Assembly (NCBI GenBank): GCA_038087875.1
Contig: CM075990.1
Location: forward strand, 6,946,001 to 7,006,000
DNA: 60,000 nt
Origin: Malacoraja senta
Lineage: Eukaryota
Direction: 5' to 3'
This document shows positions 24,352 through 37,614 of this stretch, in pieces. The translations under genes and the position numbers were made by a program. Under the pieces are notes generated by a model. It made no database searches. It was not told where the DNA came from and saw only the letters and a program-made list of their open reading frames with translations. Every line of letters starts with the position of its first letter. The stretch's first letter is position 1.

Positions 24352-24971
24352 AGGGCCTGACCCACTTGGCCGTCATTTACGCGACAGGTCGGTAGTGACT
24401 GATGCGCGACGGTCACGCGCGTCATCATGCGTCCACACAGCCGTCTGGAACGCGTGACGTCATTTGAAGATAGACACAAAATGCTGGAGTAACTCAGCGG
24501 GACCGGCATCATCTCTGGAGAGGAGGAATGGTGATGTTTCGGGTCGAGACCCTTCTTCAGTCTGAAGAAGGGTCTCGACCTGAAACGTCACCCATTGCTT
24601 CTCTCCAGAGATGCTGCCGGTCCCGCTGAGTTACTCCTGCATTTTGTGTCTATCTCCAATCGTCATGGCCCCGCCCTGGGAGTAGGAGTGGGGGCGGATC
24701 CGGATCCGCAACGGCCGCGAGCCCCAGGCCGAGCTCGGCGATTGTTTGCCTGCTTCTGCTGCTGTTGGAGGTGAGACGTTGCGCCATGCCAGGGTCTTGG
24801 GCCTGTCCCACTTTGGCTGTCAGTTACCAGACAGGCCGGTGGCGGGCGAAGATTTCGTGCAGGACGAAGTCCACACTCCTCCAGACCACTCCATGCGCCC
24901 GTCCCACGCTACCCACGCGCTACCCACACGTTAGCAGGTCGCGTAAATGGCGGCCAAGTGGGACATGCCCT
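24352..24971. mobile_element. Harbinger-type MITE containing a fold-back Penelope-type unit (24468-24654)
   Basis: TIRs agggcctgacccacttggccgtcatttacgcga / tcgcgtaaatggcggccaagtgggacatgccct, TTA TSD. Confidence 0.85.
24562..24590 (+). ncRNA. Minimal type I hammerhead ribozyme-like motif (representative copy)
   Basis: CTGAAGA-A-GGGTC tc GACCT-GAAA-C-GTC: core boxes, stem II and an ACGT palindromic stem III. Helix I is only about 2 bp, so activity is unproven. Confidence 0.55.
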
Positions 24972-24984
24972 TTAGGATCCTTGA

Positions 24985-25680
24985 TTACAGATTGCATACA
25001 AGTCCATATCTCCCTGGAAGTAGTTAGGGTGGTGAAGAAGGCATATAGCATGCTTGCTTTCATGGGTCAGGCCATGAATTATAAATGTTGGGACATCATG
25101 TTAAAGTGTAAAATTTGGTTAGGCCACATATGGAGTACTGTGTGCAGTTCTGGTCAACATGCAGCGGAATGGATGTGAAGGCTTTGGAGAGGGTGCGGAA
25201 GAGTGCAACCAGGATGATGTTGCCTGGATTGGAGTGTAAGCAGAAGATGGACAAACTTTCATTGCCGAATTCATTGCCAAACTTTAATTGTCAAACTTTC
25301 ATCCGAAGCCAAGAGTCGATCTGATAAAACAATGTAACACGAGGAGAGGCACAGAAGAGGCAGATCTTTCTCCTGGCACGGAAAGGTCAAATATGAGACA
25401 ACATAGGTTTAAGGTGAGAGGGGGGAAATTTACAGATGTGTAAGAGAGTGTTTACAGGAGATTTCTGCAGAGTGTGGTGGGTGCCTGCAACACAATGCCA
25501 GGAGAGATGGTAGAAGCAGATACAATAGAATCCGATAAGTGGAATTTGGACAGAAACGTGAACAGGCAGAGAAAGAAGCGATATGCACCTTTGTGCAGGC
25601 AGATGGGATTTTGGCATCGTGGTCGACATGGACACTGTGGGCCAAAGGGCCTGTTTCTCTGCTGCATTGCTCTCTAACTA
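24985..25680 (+). mobile_element. Degenerate CR1 LINE fragments
   Basis: VRPHMEYCVQFWS, ALERVRK and the 3' tail. Confidence 0.75.
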
Positions 25681-25833
25681 CAATGGGGAAGCTGAGATCC
25701 AGACCATGCTTCTGTTTGCCATGGTATAGAGATGGTTCCTGCAAACCATTTGCATCCAATGGCTTGCAACAATGAGTATGCCCAATCACCAGCTCCTTTG
25801 TGACATTCATCCCTGCCAACTTAATATCACAAT

Positions 25834-26725
25834 AGATAGGCACAAGGTGCTGGAGTAATTCAGCGGGTCAGGCAGCATCTCTGGAGAAAAAGGATGGGTG
25901 ACTTTGTGGGTCGGAACCCTTCTCCAGTCTGACGAAGGGTTCGACCCGATACGTCACCTATTCCTTTTCTTCAGAGATGCTGCCTGACTCGTTGAATAAC
26001 TCAAGCACTTTGTGAGTATTTTCGGTTTAACCAGTATCTGCGGTTTCTTTCTACACTTAATATCACAATGAAGTTTGTTTTGCAAGGCACCAATATTTGG
26101 ATTATTTATTTCTTTGTTAACCCTATCTCTAAATAAAAGACATGGGTGATATGCATACGTATTACACAAAGGTGGCAGAATATTTCCAGGAACTGAAGGG
26201 AATTTTCCTGGTGTATCTGTAGTAAATCAGATGCACTTCGTAGCATTTGTTTAATGGATTTTTTTGAGAAAAAGCTAGAACTATTGTAATGATAGACACA
26301 AAATTCTGAAGTAACTCAGTGGGACAGCAGCATCTCTGGAGAGAAGGAATAGGTGATGATTCAGGTGAACCCTTCTTCAGATTGGAGAAGGATTCTGACT
26401 CGAAACATCATCCATTCCTTCTCTCCAGAGATGCTGCCCATCCCGATGAGTTACACCAACATTTTTTCTCTATCTTCGGTGTAAACCAGCATCTGCAGTT
26501 CCTTGTGCAGGACAGGAACTGCAGATGCCGGATTAAACTGAAGGTAGACATAAAATGCTAGAGCAACTCAGCGGGACAGGCAGCATCTCTGGAGAGAAGG
26601 AATGGGTGACGTTTCGGGTCAAGAAGGGTCTCGACCCAAAACATCACCAACTCCTTCTCTCCAGAGATGCTGCCTGTCCCACTGAGTTGCTCCAGCATTT
26701 TGTGTCTATCTGCAGTTCCGTCCTA
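25834..26725. mobile_element. Cluster of fold-back Penelope-terminal-repeat-like units (25834-26055, 26292-26725)
   Basis: Repeated inverted gctggagtaactcagcggg...cagcatctctggagag / ctctccagagatgctg...gagttactccagc. Confidence 0.7.
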
Positions 26726-27164
26726 CGCCAATGATTCTGGTAGATACACATTTCTCCCTGTAACAAATGGCTGTGCTGATTAGAGCCACAACCTCTCTCC
26801 TCTCCAGTGGAATTGATTTGATTCAGGGCGCATTTTTGGAAGAGTTTTTTTAACAAGGGGGATTACTTCAGTAAGAGGTTGAGTTTTACACTCTGCATAT
26901 ATATTTGATGATTTGCTTGAGGGCAGTGAATTTGTATGAAATTGCCTGAGAGACCATCCAAGCCTACAATCCGTAGGCTGGGAAAACTGCTTCACACAAA
27001 TTCAGATGCAATTGACATTTGAAAACCTAATCTGCTTTGCTTCTTTGTACACAATAAAAACTCAGCACCGCTCGTCCTTGTGTTCATACAATGGCCTAAT
27101 TTAACGATAGTCTTGCATAGGGCTTTTATTAGATCCTCCAGCTTTTCATATGCTGTACTCTGCG

Positions 27165-27178
27165 GTTGCCTAGGTAAC
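27165..27178. promoter_or_regulatory. RFX X-box motif GTTGCCTAGGTAAC
   Basis: Matches the GTNRCC-N0-3-RGYAAC consensus and lies in non-repetitive intron sequence. Confidence 0.5.
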
Positions 27179-28771
27179 GGAATACCAGCTCTGACATCAG
27201 TTTAAGAGCTCGAGCATTTGTCACTCTGGTGCTGGGATCCATTAGAGATGATCAGCTTGGGTGCTTTGCTATTCAGCGCAGTTCGCTCTGTGGAGGCAGC
27301 TCTCCATTCAAGGTCCCTTGGACGTGGGCTCTGCAAGCATCAGCTTCAAGCACAAGAGGCAGAGAGTAGACAAGGGCAGTAAACTGAGCGACACAAAATG
27401 CTGGAGTAACTCAGCGGGACATGGAGCATCTCTGGAGAGAAGGGATAACGGGTGACGTTTCGGGTCGAGACCATTCTTCAGACAGTAAATTGATGTTGCA
27501 TCAGACAACGGCGTATTACGATTAGCTCTGCTCACTATATTTTAGGATTGGGAGACCTAAAGAGAGGAGAGGAAAGATGACCATAATATGTGCAAGGTTG
27601 TGGAATTTCAGCCATAGGTTAGAATGGAGAGGTTGGAGCTCAGCTTACTTGAGGGAGTGTGGAGATAAGACAATAGACAATAGTCCAATCGGCCCTTCGA
27701 GCCAGCACCGCCATTCAATGTGATCATGGCTGATCATCCCCAATCAGTACCCCGTTCCTGCCTTCTCCCCATATCTCCTGATCTAGAGAAAGAAGTGGAA
27801 CGTTCACTAGAATATGTGCAAGGATGTGGAAATTCATCCTTAAGGTGAGTTGATGCTCACTATAGGAAGGGTATGGATATCTAGAGAAGGGAGAGGAAGC
27901 TTCAGGGATGTGGAATTTCAACCATAAGGTTAGAGTGGAGAAGTAGGAGTTGTTTTGGGAACAAAGATTGAGAGTGGATTCGATGTGGATTTACCCAAAA
28001 TCTGACATTCCAGACAGAACCATCCACTGAATATAGATCACTTTATTTCAGGGTATCTAAGATTTGTGAACAAAAGTCATGACACGCTGAGATGAAGCAA
28101 ACTCTTTCCTTCAGTGGATGGTGCAATGTCTGGGAGGCACCCATTTCAAATGTTGGGCAAAAGTTACAATGACGGGAAACACATTTACACAGGAAGTAGT
28201 TACAATCTGGAATTCACTGCCCTTTGGGATAAATCTACTCTGAGAAAGGATTTGGATAGGCCGGAGGGAAAGTACTTTTGCCACGTTTTGAAGACAGAAT
28301 GGAGGAATGGGACCTGATGGAATATGTGTACTCGGAGTGGGCATAGACTCAATGTGCCCAGAGGAGCTTCTGTGCTTAGGATTGCCATCAACACATCCCT
28401 TGCCTCCAGGGATGCTGCCTGACCCGTTGATTTACTCCAGTACTTTGTCTCCTTCTTTGAAACCAGCATCTGCGCTTCAATAGATAGACACAAAATGCTG
28501 GAGTAACTCAGCGGGTCAGGCAGCATCTCTGGAGAAAAGGAATAGGTGACATTTTGGAGCGACACCCTTCGTCAGACTCTGTCAGAAGAAGTGAACATTT
28601 TTGTGTGTATCTTCCGTATAAACCAGGATCTGAAATTCCCTCATTAATATCTACACCTCTTTGTCACTAACATACTTTATTCCCCTAAGATGTTCTATAA
28701 TATGCAATTTTTATTTCCCATTCATACTTTGGTAAGTGCATTCTGGTGAAGGTGTTCCCACAGTGCTGTTA

Positions 28772-29072
28772 GACAATAGACAATAGCCAGCACCGCCATT
28801 CAATGTGATCATGGCTGATCATCCCCAATCAGTACCCCGCTCCTGCCTTCTCCCCATATCCCCTGACTCCTCTATCTTCAAGAGCCCTATCTAGCTCTCT
28901 CTTGAAAGTGTCCAGAGAGCCTGCCTCCACCGCCCTCTGAGGCAGGGAATTCCACAGACTCACAACTCTCTGTGTGAAAAAGTGTTTCCTCATCTCCGTT
29001 CTAAATGGCTTACCCCTTATTCTTAAACTGTGGTCCCTGGTTCTGGACTCCCCCAACATCAGGAACATGTTT
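28772..29072 (-). mobile_element. CR1 LINE 3' end
   Basis: RKHFFTQRVVSLWNSLP and tail. Confidence 0.85.
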
Positions 29073-29374
29073 AACAGGGAGCTCCAGGATTTAGACCCAG
29101 CGATGAAGAAGGGCCAACCATACATGGCCAGGTCAGGATGTTGCGGAACCTATGGGACAATGCATGGGTGGTGGTGTTCCCATGCATTTGTGGCCCCTGT
29201 CCTTCTTGGTAGCGGAGATTGCAGGTTTGAGAGGAGCTGCAGGAGCAGCCTGGGCCACTGACTGCAGCATATTTTCTGGATGGTCCACACTGTAACTAAT
29301 GTCTGCCAGTGGTGGAGGACACAAATACTTAGAGTAACGGACGACGTGTATACCATCAAGCTGGACAAGATCTT

Positions 29375-29930
29375 AGATTCAGAGTGATACAGCGTGGAAA
29401 CAGGCCCTTCGGCCCAACATGCCCACCACCTACACTAGTCCCACCTGCCTGCACTTGGCCCATTTCCCACCAAACCTGTCCTATCCATCTACCTGTCTAA
29501 ATGTTTCTTAAACATTGGGATAGTCCCAGCCTCAACTATCTCCTCTGGCAGCTTGTTCCCTACACCCACCACCCTTTGTGTGAAAAGGTTACCCCTCAGA
29601 TTCCTATTAAATCTTTTCCCCTTCATCTTAAACCTATGTCCTCTGGTCCTCGATTCACCTACTCTGGGCAAGACCCTGTGCATGTACCCGATCTATTCCT
29701 CTCATGATTTTATATACCTCTTTTAGATCACCCATCCTCCTGTGCTCCAAGGAATAGAGTCCCAGCCTGCTCAACCTCTCCTTATAGCTCAGACCCTCTA
29801 GTCCTGGCAACATCCTCGTAAATCTTCTCTGTACCTCACTCCAGCTTGACAACATCTTTCCTATAACATGGTGCCCAGAACTGAAGACAATACTCTAAAT
29901 GCAGCCTCACCAACGTCTCATATAGCTGCA
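29375..29930 (-). mobile_element. CR1 LINE 3' fragment
   Basis: VQRRFTRMLPGLEGLSYKERL motif. Confidence 0.85.
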
Positions 29931-30102
29931 ACAGGCATCAGTCAAGCAGACCGATTTGTGGTTCTGGAGCGCAGTTGGAGTTGAACTCAACCGGGCGTGA
30001 AGTAGAGAGCACTCCTGTGAGTGGCAGAGAACACAGGAACTGGGGCCACAGTGAGTTTGAGAGAGCGCAGGAAAGTGGTGTCTTGAAAAGTGGAAAAGAA
30101 GC

Positions 30103-30386
30103 ACCAGGACTCGCTGTGTGGAAGAGAGCGCAGGAACTGGGTTCCGGTGTGTGCTACAGACTATCTGAACCAGGACTCGCTGTGTGGAAGAGCGCAGGAA
30201 CTGGGTTCCGGTGTGTGCTACAGACTATCTGAACCAGGACTCGCTGTGTGGAAGAGAGCGCAGGAACTGGGTTCCGGTGTGTGCTACAGACTATCTGAAC
30301 CAGGACTCGCTGTGTGGAAGAGAGCGCAGGAACTGGGTTCCGGTGTGTGGAACAGACTATCTGAACCAGGACTCGCTGTGTGGAAG
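30103..30386. repeat. 66-bp minisatellite, about 4.3 near-identical copies
   Basis: Units start at 30103, 30169, 30233, 30299 and 30365; one unit lacks 2 nt. Confidence 0.95.
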
Positions 30387-30796
30387 GAAAGTGCAAATAT
30401 CACTTAATGAGCCGGATGCTGAGCCATCGGTATTTCCAACAAGTGAAGCAACTAACAATCAGCGTTTTACTACCTAAATTAAATATTATCCTCTTAGCCC
30501 AGGGCTAGGGTAACACAATTGGAGGCAGAAAGATATCTGGCACGGTTCAATGCACCGTCACTAATCTACAGAATGGTCATCATGACGACTCTGCCGATTC
30601 TGTGGTTAGAGATAGCATGTATGTTCAATAGTTCATTGAGATTGTTTATTGCACACAGCATTTTGTGTGCACCACGCTAAGATGTGAGATATGATGCTGG
30701 AAAATATCCGATATCAGGAGCCCACAAACTGGAGAGTAGCCCACATAAAACTACAACAATTAGAACAGAATGTAACAGTTGATAAAGATGGTGTGT

Positions 30797-31283
30797 CATA
30801 AGGTCAAGGTCATAAGTGATAGGAGCAGAATTAGGCCATTCAACCCATCAAGTCTACTGCGCCATTCAATCATGGCTGATCTATCTCTCCCTCCTAACCC
30901 CATTGTCCTGCCTTCTCCCCATAACCCCTGACACCCTGTGCGTGCGTGTACACCAGGGTGCATTAATTTCCTCAATAGACAATAGACAATAGGTGCAGGA
31001 GTAGGCCATTCGGCCCTTCGAGCCAGCACCGCCATTCAATGTGATCATGGCTGATCATCCCCAATCAGTACCCCGTTCCTGCCTTTTCCCCATATCCCCA
31101 GACTCCGCTATCTTTAAGAGCCCTATCCAGCTCTCTCTTGAAAGCATCCAGAGAACCTGCCTCCACCGCCCTCTGAGGCAGAGAATTTCACAGATTCACA
31201 ACTCTCTGTGAGAAAAAGTGCTTCCTCTACGTTCTAAATGGCTTACCCCTTATTCTTAAACTGTGGCCTCTGGTTCTGGATCT
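30797..31283 (-). mobile_element. Two tandem CR1 3' ends
   Basis: Two successive tails (gccattcaat...cctgccttctcccc). Confidence 0.8.
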
Positions 31284-33965
31284 AGGTCAGCAAGACTTGG
31301 TCAGCAAGACTTCTAGTTGACACCTCATTCAACATTAAAAATCAGCTGTTAAAATAACACTGCACTGCATCTAGACTGATGAAGTTATATTTGACCCCCC
31401 CCCCCCCCCCCAGGAATGAATGACGCTTAATTATTATCACATGTGACATGTCACAGTGAAAATCTAGTTTTGCACACCATACACGAAGTAGGCAAATAGC
31501 CTCCATGAGTATTGGGCGCTGAGAATATTACAAAGTGTTCAATGCTGTAGCAATGGTCCCTCTACACCCACTCTACATCCTCCCCCCTCCCCCAATCCCT
31601 TAACATCGGGAGCCTTGGAGCTCCAAACCGGCGCGGCCTTGTCGGCTTCGGAAGCTGCGGCCTCCGGTAAGGAATGCGGGCCGTTCCAGGTGGCCCAGCC
31701 GCTAGAGGACTCTCCCAACGCCGGGCCAGCATCACCCGGTGAAAACGGCCAGGAACATCGGGCCTCCGTAGAGGCAATAGCGGAGGCCTCATTGGGCCTG
31801 ACTTTGGGTGAACTGGGGTTGGGTGACTGGACATTGTGCCTTCCCCCACAGTGGTGGTCATTGTGGGGGGATGATTTCTGTGTGCTGTGTCTGTTGGTCT
31901 TTGTTCAAGATGGCGGTCGGAGGGGAGAGTGGACGCTGGCGCGGTTTGGCTTCCGCTGCTCTCTCCTCAAACTGTGTTTCTGATTTTCTTTTTGTGCTTT
32001 TATAATTGAATTCTGTCCTTGATTTGTGTACTGTGGTGTTTTTATATTTAATTTATTCCGATTATGTGTTTTGTATTTTTGTGATTCTATGTCTTGTAAG
32101 GTGTCCTTGGGTTTTAGAAAGGCGCCAGCAAATAAAATGAATTATTATTATTATAATGCCGGGTCAATCTTTGTTCCCGGCAGTACTCCCATGCCGGGTT
32201 GATAAAGTTGGCTCCAAAGATGCCCCCCCTCGCCATCTGCGGAGGGGTCAGGTGTGAAGTGCCGCAGTTGGTTTTACCATTCCTAGAATGTAAGCATGGA
32301 AAATCTCAAAATCCCCAATGAGTCTTGTCCAGGGGCTCCTGGTGTGAGGTCCGGACACGGGGTCGGTACATGAGGGCGGGATTGCGCTGGGTAATGCAAC
32401 CTGCATTATGATACCCACATCCAAGATCAAGGCTCAGCCATAACATTGAACAGAAGGTTGGGTGAGGTGCGCAAAAGTGTTGGTGGCATCAACGGCCCTC
32501 AGCTAAACAAGGCAGCACAGTGATCAGGAGAGCAGAACTAGAAACAACACAATATAGAAAAGTGACATCCTATAGCCATACTTAATCAGTCTTTGATGAT
32601 CAGTTAATTTACGTCCTGGCTATGTGCTCATATAGTCAATATGTAGAACGCTGCGTATATCAATGTGGGATTAACCAGGAACTGTACAAGATAATGAGCA
32701 AGCCCTTCAAAACAAGAGGGAATGTGCCAGGTCGATCTACATTCATTAATTCACATTCAATTAGCATATATAAATATGGTTGAATCCAAATTTACTGTGC
32801 GATAGAATATTATCAGGCTTAGGAGTTTGTCTTCCCTAGACCAATTTGCTGATTAAAACTACCAATTTGCCCATTTTTCTGGCAGTGCACCTCTTTATAC
32901 TTTATATTATTCATTCAAACACTCAAGCAAACAGATACAATGGAAGAGACTGCACCCAAGCAGATGCAGGCAGCGCTCATTACAAAGAGGTGCCTGAGAG
33001 ACTGTCGAGTGTTCTGCCATAATGAGAGCTATTCAATGAGCAAGGTGCTTTCTATTCAGCTCCTGTGGTCCACTGTGCCAGCTCATTAGTCTGGATGAAC
33101 CTCCTCCATTAATAGCAGAAGGCCTTAAATTTACTTGTTGCCATTGGCAACAATTCTTCACCATGCCAGAGCAATTTGGCCTGAAGTGAAGATAGGCACA
33201 AAAAGCTGGAGTAGTTCAGCGGGACAGGCCTGCACCTCTGGAGAGCAGGAATGGGTGACGTTCCGGGTCGAGACCCTGCTTCAGCTTCCTTCTCCCCAGA
33301 GATGCTGCCTGTCCCGCTGAGTTACACCAGCTTTTTGTGTCTATCTTCGGTTTAGACCAGCATCGGCAGTTCCTTCCTACACTGTCCCGAAGTGAAGAAA
33401 TGTCAATAAGGCCAACTACCATTAAAATATATCCGTCTAGGACATGCACAAGCACTTGGTGCAGTGCTGATTTATTCCTTCACAAGCAGAGCTGAATGTT
33501 TTATGCGTCTGTAGGGTCTCGACCCAAAACGTCGTCTATTCCTTTTCTCCAGAGATGCTGCCTGACCTCTGAGTTCTTCCTGCTTTTTGTGTCTATCTTC
33601 TGAATAGTTATTCGGTTGAGATTGAATTGAAAGGCTAGGTGCAGGCAGTTCATGGTATATAAGTGCATATGACATAGGAGCCGAATTAGGCCATTTGGCC
33701 CATCAAGTCTGCTCCGCCATTCGATCGTGGCTGATCAATTCTTCTCCCCTCAACCCCAATCTCCTGCCTTCTCCCCATAACCGTTGATGCTTATTAATCA
33801 AGACCCTAGCAATCTCTGCTTTACAGATACCAAATGACTTGGTCTCCGCAGCCGTCTGTGGCAACGATTTCCACAGATTCACCACCCTCTGGCTAAAGAA
33901 ACTCCTCTCCTCATCTCCATTCTAATATATCATTGTAAGCGTGCCATTGGTCTGGGGTTGCCTCG

Positions 33966-34295
33966 AGTACACACGCGCGCGCACACACGCATATGCACAC
34001 ACACACACACACACACACAGTGAACACACACGTACACAGTGAACACACACCTACACACACACAGTGAACACACACGTACACAGTGAACACACACACACAC
34101 ACACACACAGTGAACACACACGCACAGTGAACACACACATACACACACGCAGTGAACACACACACACACGCAGTGGACATACACACACATGTGCGCACAC
34201 ACACGCATATACACACACACAGTGAACACACACACACACACAGTGAACACACACACAGTGAACATATACACAGTTGTACATACAAACAGACATAC
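33966..34295. repeat. Compound (CA)n microsatellite punctuated by CAGTGAA
   Basis: Direct reading. Confidence 0.95.
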
Positions 34296-37256
34296 ATGGC
34301 AAAGAGGATACTTAACCTTAATATTCTTCAACACAGATTAAAGTGTTGCAGGTTATTAGTAACCTAACTGGAGTCTCTGCTCATTGTCCCGTGATATGCC
34401 AAGATAAAATGGCATTCAGCCTAGTAATCTATGGTTTAGTACCAGAAACAAAATAGTCGGAGCTGCCAGATTCTAAGAACAACCTAAGTTTTCCCTCCAC
34501 TTATGATTCCAGTCCCACCCCAAACGACTGACAAACGCTTCCTGAAATGCCCCAAGTGGTTATATTTGGTCAGCATAGCAGTGCAGCTGGTAGTGCTGCT
34601 GCCTCACAGCACTAGAGACCTGGGTTCGATCCTAATCTCAAGCTGTCTGTATGGAGTTTGCACGTTCTCCATGACCATGTGGGTTTCCTCGGATGCTCTG
34701 GTTTCCCTCCAACTTGTAGGTTAATTGGTCTCTGTAAAAATTACCTCTAATGCGTGCGGAGTGGTTGAGAAAGTGGGATAACATAGAACTAGTGTGTGAA
34801 CAGGTGCTAGATGGTCGATGTGGACATAGTGGGTCGAAAGACTGGTTTCCATGCTATTTAGGTTACATATTACACAAAAGGCCGAAGGGCCTGTTTCCGT
34901 GCTGTATCTCTAAACTAAACTAAAATGCCTCCCACTGAATCAGGAAAGCATTAAGACGGAGGGTGGATTAAGATGTCTTTTGGGCACTTTTCTCTGCAAA
35001 GAAAATATCTGCAAACATGCAGATTGCTGCTGTTATAATTATTCATGTTTCACACTTGAAGTAACAGCACATAGTTCCGCACACACTCACAAAAGATAGA
35101 AATTCGGGATAAATCAATGTAGTCCCAAATCAAATCAAACTGAAAGCTTCGGCTTTTACACTGGAATCAAATACTTCATCAAAATATTGGCTAAAATTCC
35201 GTAACAGCTGCGACTTCCAATTTCAGTCATTAAAACTGGGAGACCTACAATGATTAAACCCCCCAAATTGGTTAGGTCTGAACACACAAAGTCTTGGGAC
35301 GGATTAGCCGACCTAATATTTACAGTAATTCCTGCTTTATTTCAATCTTTTAATCCTTCAAGACCAAATGTATTTGTTGTTAGATTTGCTGCTCTTTTCA
35401 CTTCATCAGAATTGGCTTTTTGATTACTGGTGAAGCCCTGGTCTCCCAAGCCAATTGCTACGGGTCTCCCATGCCTGCTTGGTGTTTAATTGTGCTGTCG
35501 AGTTTGGACGTAGTTTAGTTTATGGTCACGTGTACCGAGGTACAGTGAAAAGCTTTCGTTGCGTGCTATCCAGTCAGCAGAAAGACAATACATGATTACA
35601 ATCGAGCCATTTACAGTGTACAGATACATGATAAGGGAATAAGGTTTAGTGCAGGTAAAGCCAGCAAAGACTGAACTAGGATAGTCCGATGGTCACCAGT
35701 GAGGTAGATAGTAGTTCAGCACTGCTCTCTGGATGTGGTGGGATGATTCAGTTGCCTGATAACTTAATTTTTAGCATTCACTTGGCAAAATTTCCTTCAC
35801 TCAGTAAAATAAGCTTTATGCACTTAAACAAATGGAGGTAGTTCACAAGATCACAAGTTATAGGAGTAGAATTAGGTCATTTGGCCCATCGAGTATACTC
35901 TGCCATTCAATCGTGGCTGATCTCTGCCTCCTAATCCCATTTCCCTGCCTTCTCCCCATAACCTTTGACACCCGTTCTAATCAAGAATTTGTCTATCTCT
36001 GGCTCATGTGAAACCAAATTGCTTCCTCAACCACTCACAGGAAGAGATGGCAGTAGACTAACTCTCCAAGGATGGGTTGTATATCTGGCAGGGTTTTTGT
36101 GCACATTTTTATGCTTACTGCCTGGTGAAAAGTTGAAATTGGTCATCAATGCAGCTTCCAGCCCTGGACTATTTCCAGAATTGTGTAACTGACAATAGGG
36201 AGTTACAGTGGTGCTGCTGGTAGAGCTGCTACCTCGCAGTACCAGAGACCCAGGTTTGATCCTGACCTCGAGAGTTATCCGTGTGGAGTTTCATGCAATT
36301 CTGCCTGAATTGCAGATCAGGCAGCATCTCTGGCGAAAAAAGGATCGGTGATGTTTCAGGTCGAGATCGTTCTTCATTTGGGTCAGGCAGCCTCTCTGGA
36401 GAGAAAGAATGGGTGAGGTTTTGGGTCTGATTCGTCACCTATCCTCTTTCTCCAGAGATGCTGCCTGACCCGTTGAGTTACTCCAGCACTTTGTGTCGAT
36501 CGTTGCCACTTCAGTCTCCTCGAAATAGCAGGAAAGTCACATCAATGGATACAAAAAAGGGGATGAACTCCCTCTCTGCTTTGAGCCTTTAAATAATTGT
36601 CCCATATTGACTCTGAAAGGAGTAACTTGAAGCTTGAATGTTAGCGTAAAAAAATGCTAGCAGGCAGTGATTTTATACTCTCCCAAATATTTATTTACCT
36701 TGAAATCAATGACACAGATATAAAACATGTTGCTAAAGCACTATAACTGATTTACACCATCACAAGTCAAAATATAACCAAGGTGAGTCCATAAACCTAG
36801 GCAAGAATTAACAAGCCTCCTGTCCATGTGATTACATTGTATCTACATTTTAGTCACCTTCAGCACTAGATTACTCATTTTCTTATTTTCTAAAAGAAGT
36901 GTAGACAGTAACCCAAGGGGCAGTTCTAATCTTTACTAATCTACAAATACTTGTGGAGATGTTTAACTGGGGAACCATGATCTGGTTTCACAGTTCCCGA
37001 CTCAAGGTTCCCTCCAAGCGAGGCAACTGTGGGAAAGTTATTCAACAGAAAAGAAAACAGAAACTGCAAAAAGAAAATATGCAAGTCCTTTGGAAAGAAA
37101 TATACAAAATCGCTATAGAATTTCCGAGCAACAACAACATCCGCATTCCAAAGACGTACAGGTTTGCAGGTTTATTGGCTTTGGTTAAAATTGGAAATTG
37201 GCCCTACTCTGTAAGGATAGTGCATGAATTCACTGGATGTTTTCAAGAGAGAGTTA

Positions 37257-37484
37257 TGGGCCTGTCCCACTTTCACGACCTAATTCACGACCTTTGTCGA
37301 GTTTGCCCTTGACTCATACTCGCAGCACGGTCGTAGGAGGTCGTAGGTAGGTCGTAGGTAGGTCGTGATGCTTGTCGTAGGTACTCGTGGCATCAAGTAG
37401 GTCGGGGCGTTTTTTCTAGCCTGATGAACAATGTCCACGAGTAAAAAAGCTCGTGAATTAAGTCATGAAAGTGGGACAGGCCCT
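37257..37484. mobile_element. Harbinger-type MITE inserted in a CR1 tail
   Basis: TIR gggcctgtcccactttcacgacctaattcacga. Removing the element and one TTA restores CR1 agagagttagatttagctc. Confidence 0.9.
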
Positions 37485-37614
37485 TTAGATTTAGCTCTTC
37501 GGGCTAAAAGAATCAAGGGATATGGGGGAAAAAGCAGGAACGGGAGTACTGATTTTGATTTCAGCCATGATTATATTGAATGGCGGTGCTGGGTCGAAGG
37601 GCTGATACATAGAT

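Noticed and set aside
30103..30386. CRISPR-like periodic array
   Set aside because: Units are identical end to end with no unique spacers, there are no cas genes, and the context is vertebrate. It is a VNTR.
33911..34367. Cys/Val- and His/Thr-rich ORFs
   Set aside because: They are translations of a (CA)n microsatellite.
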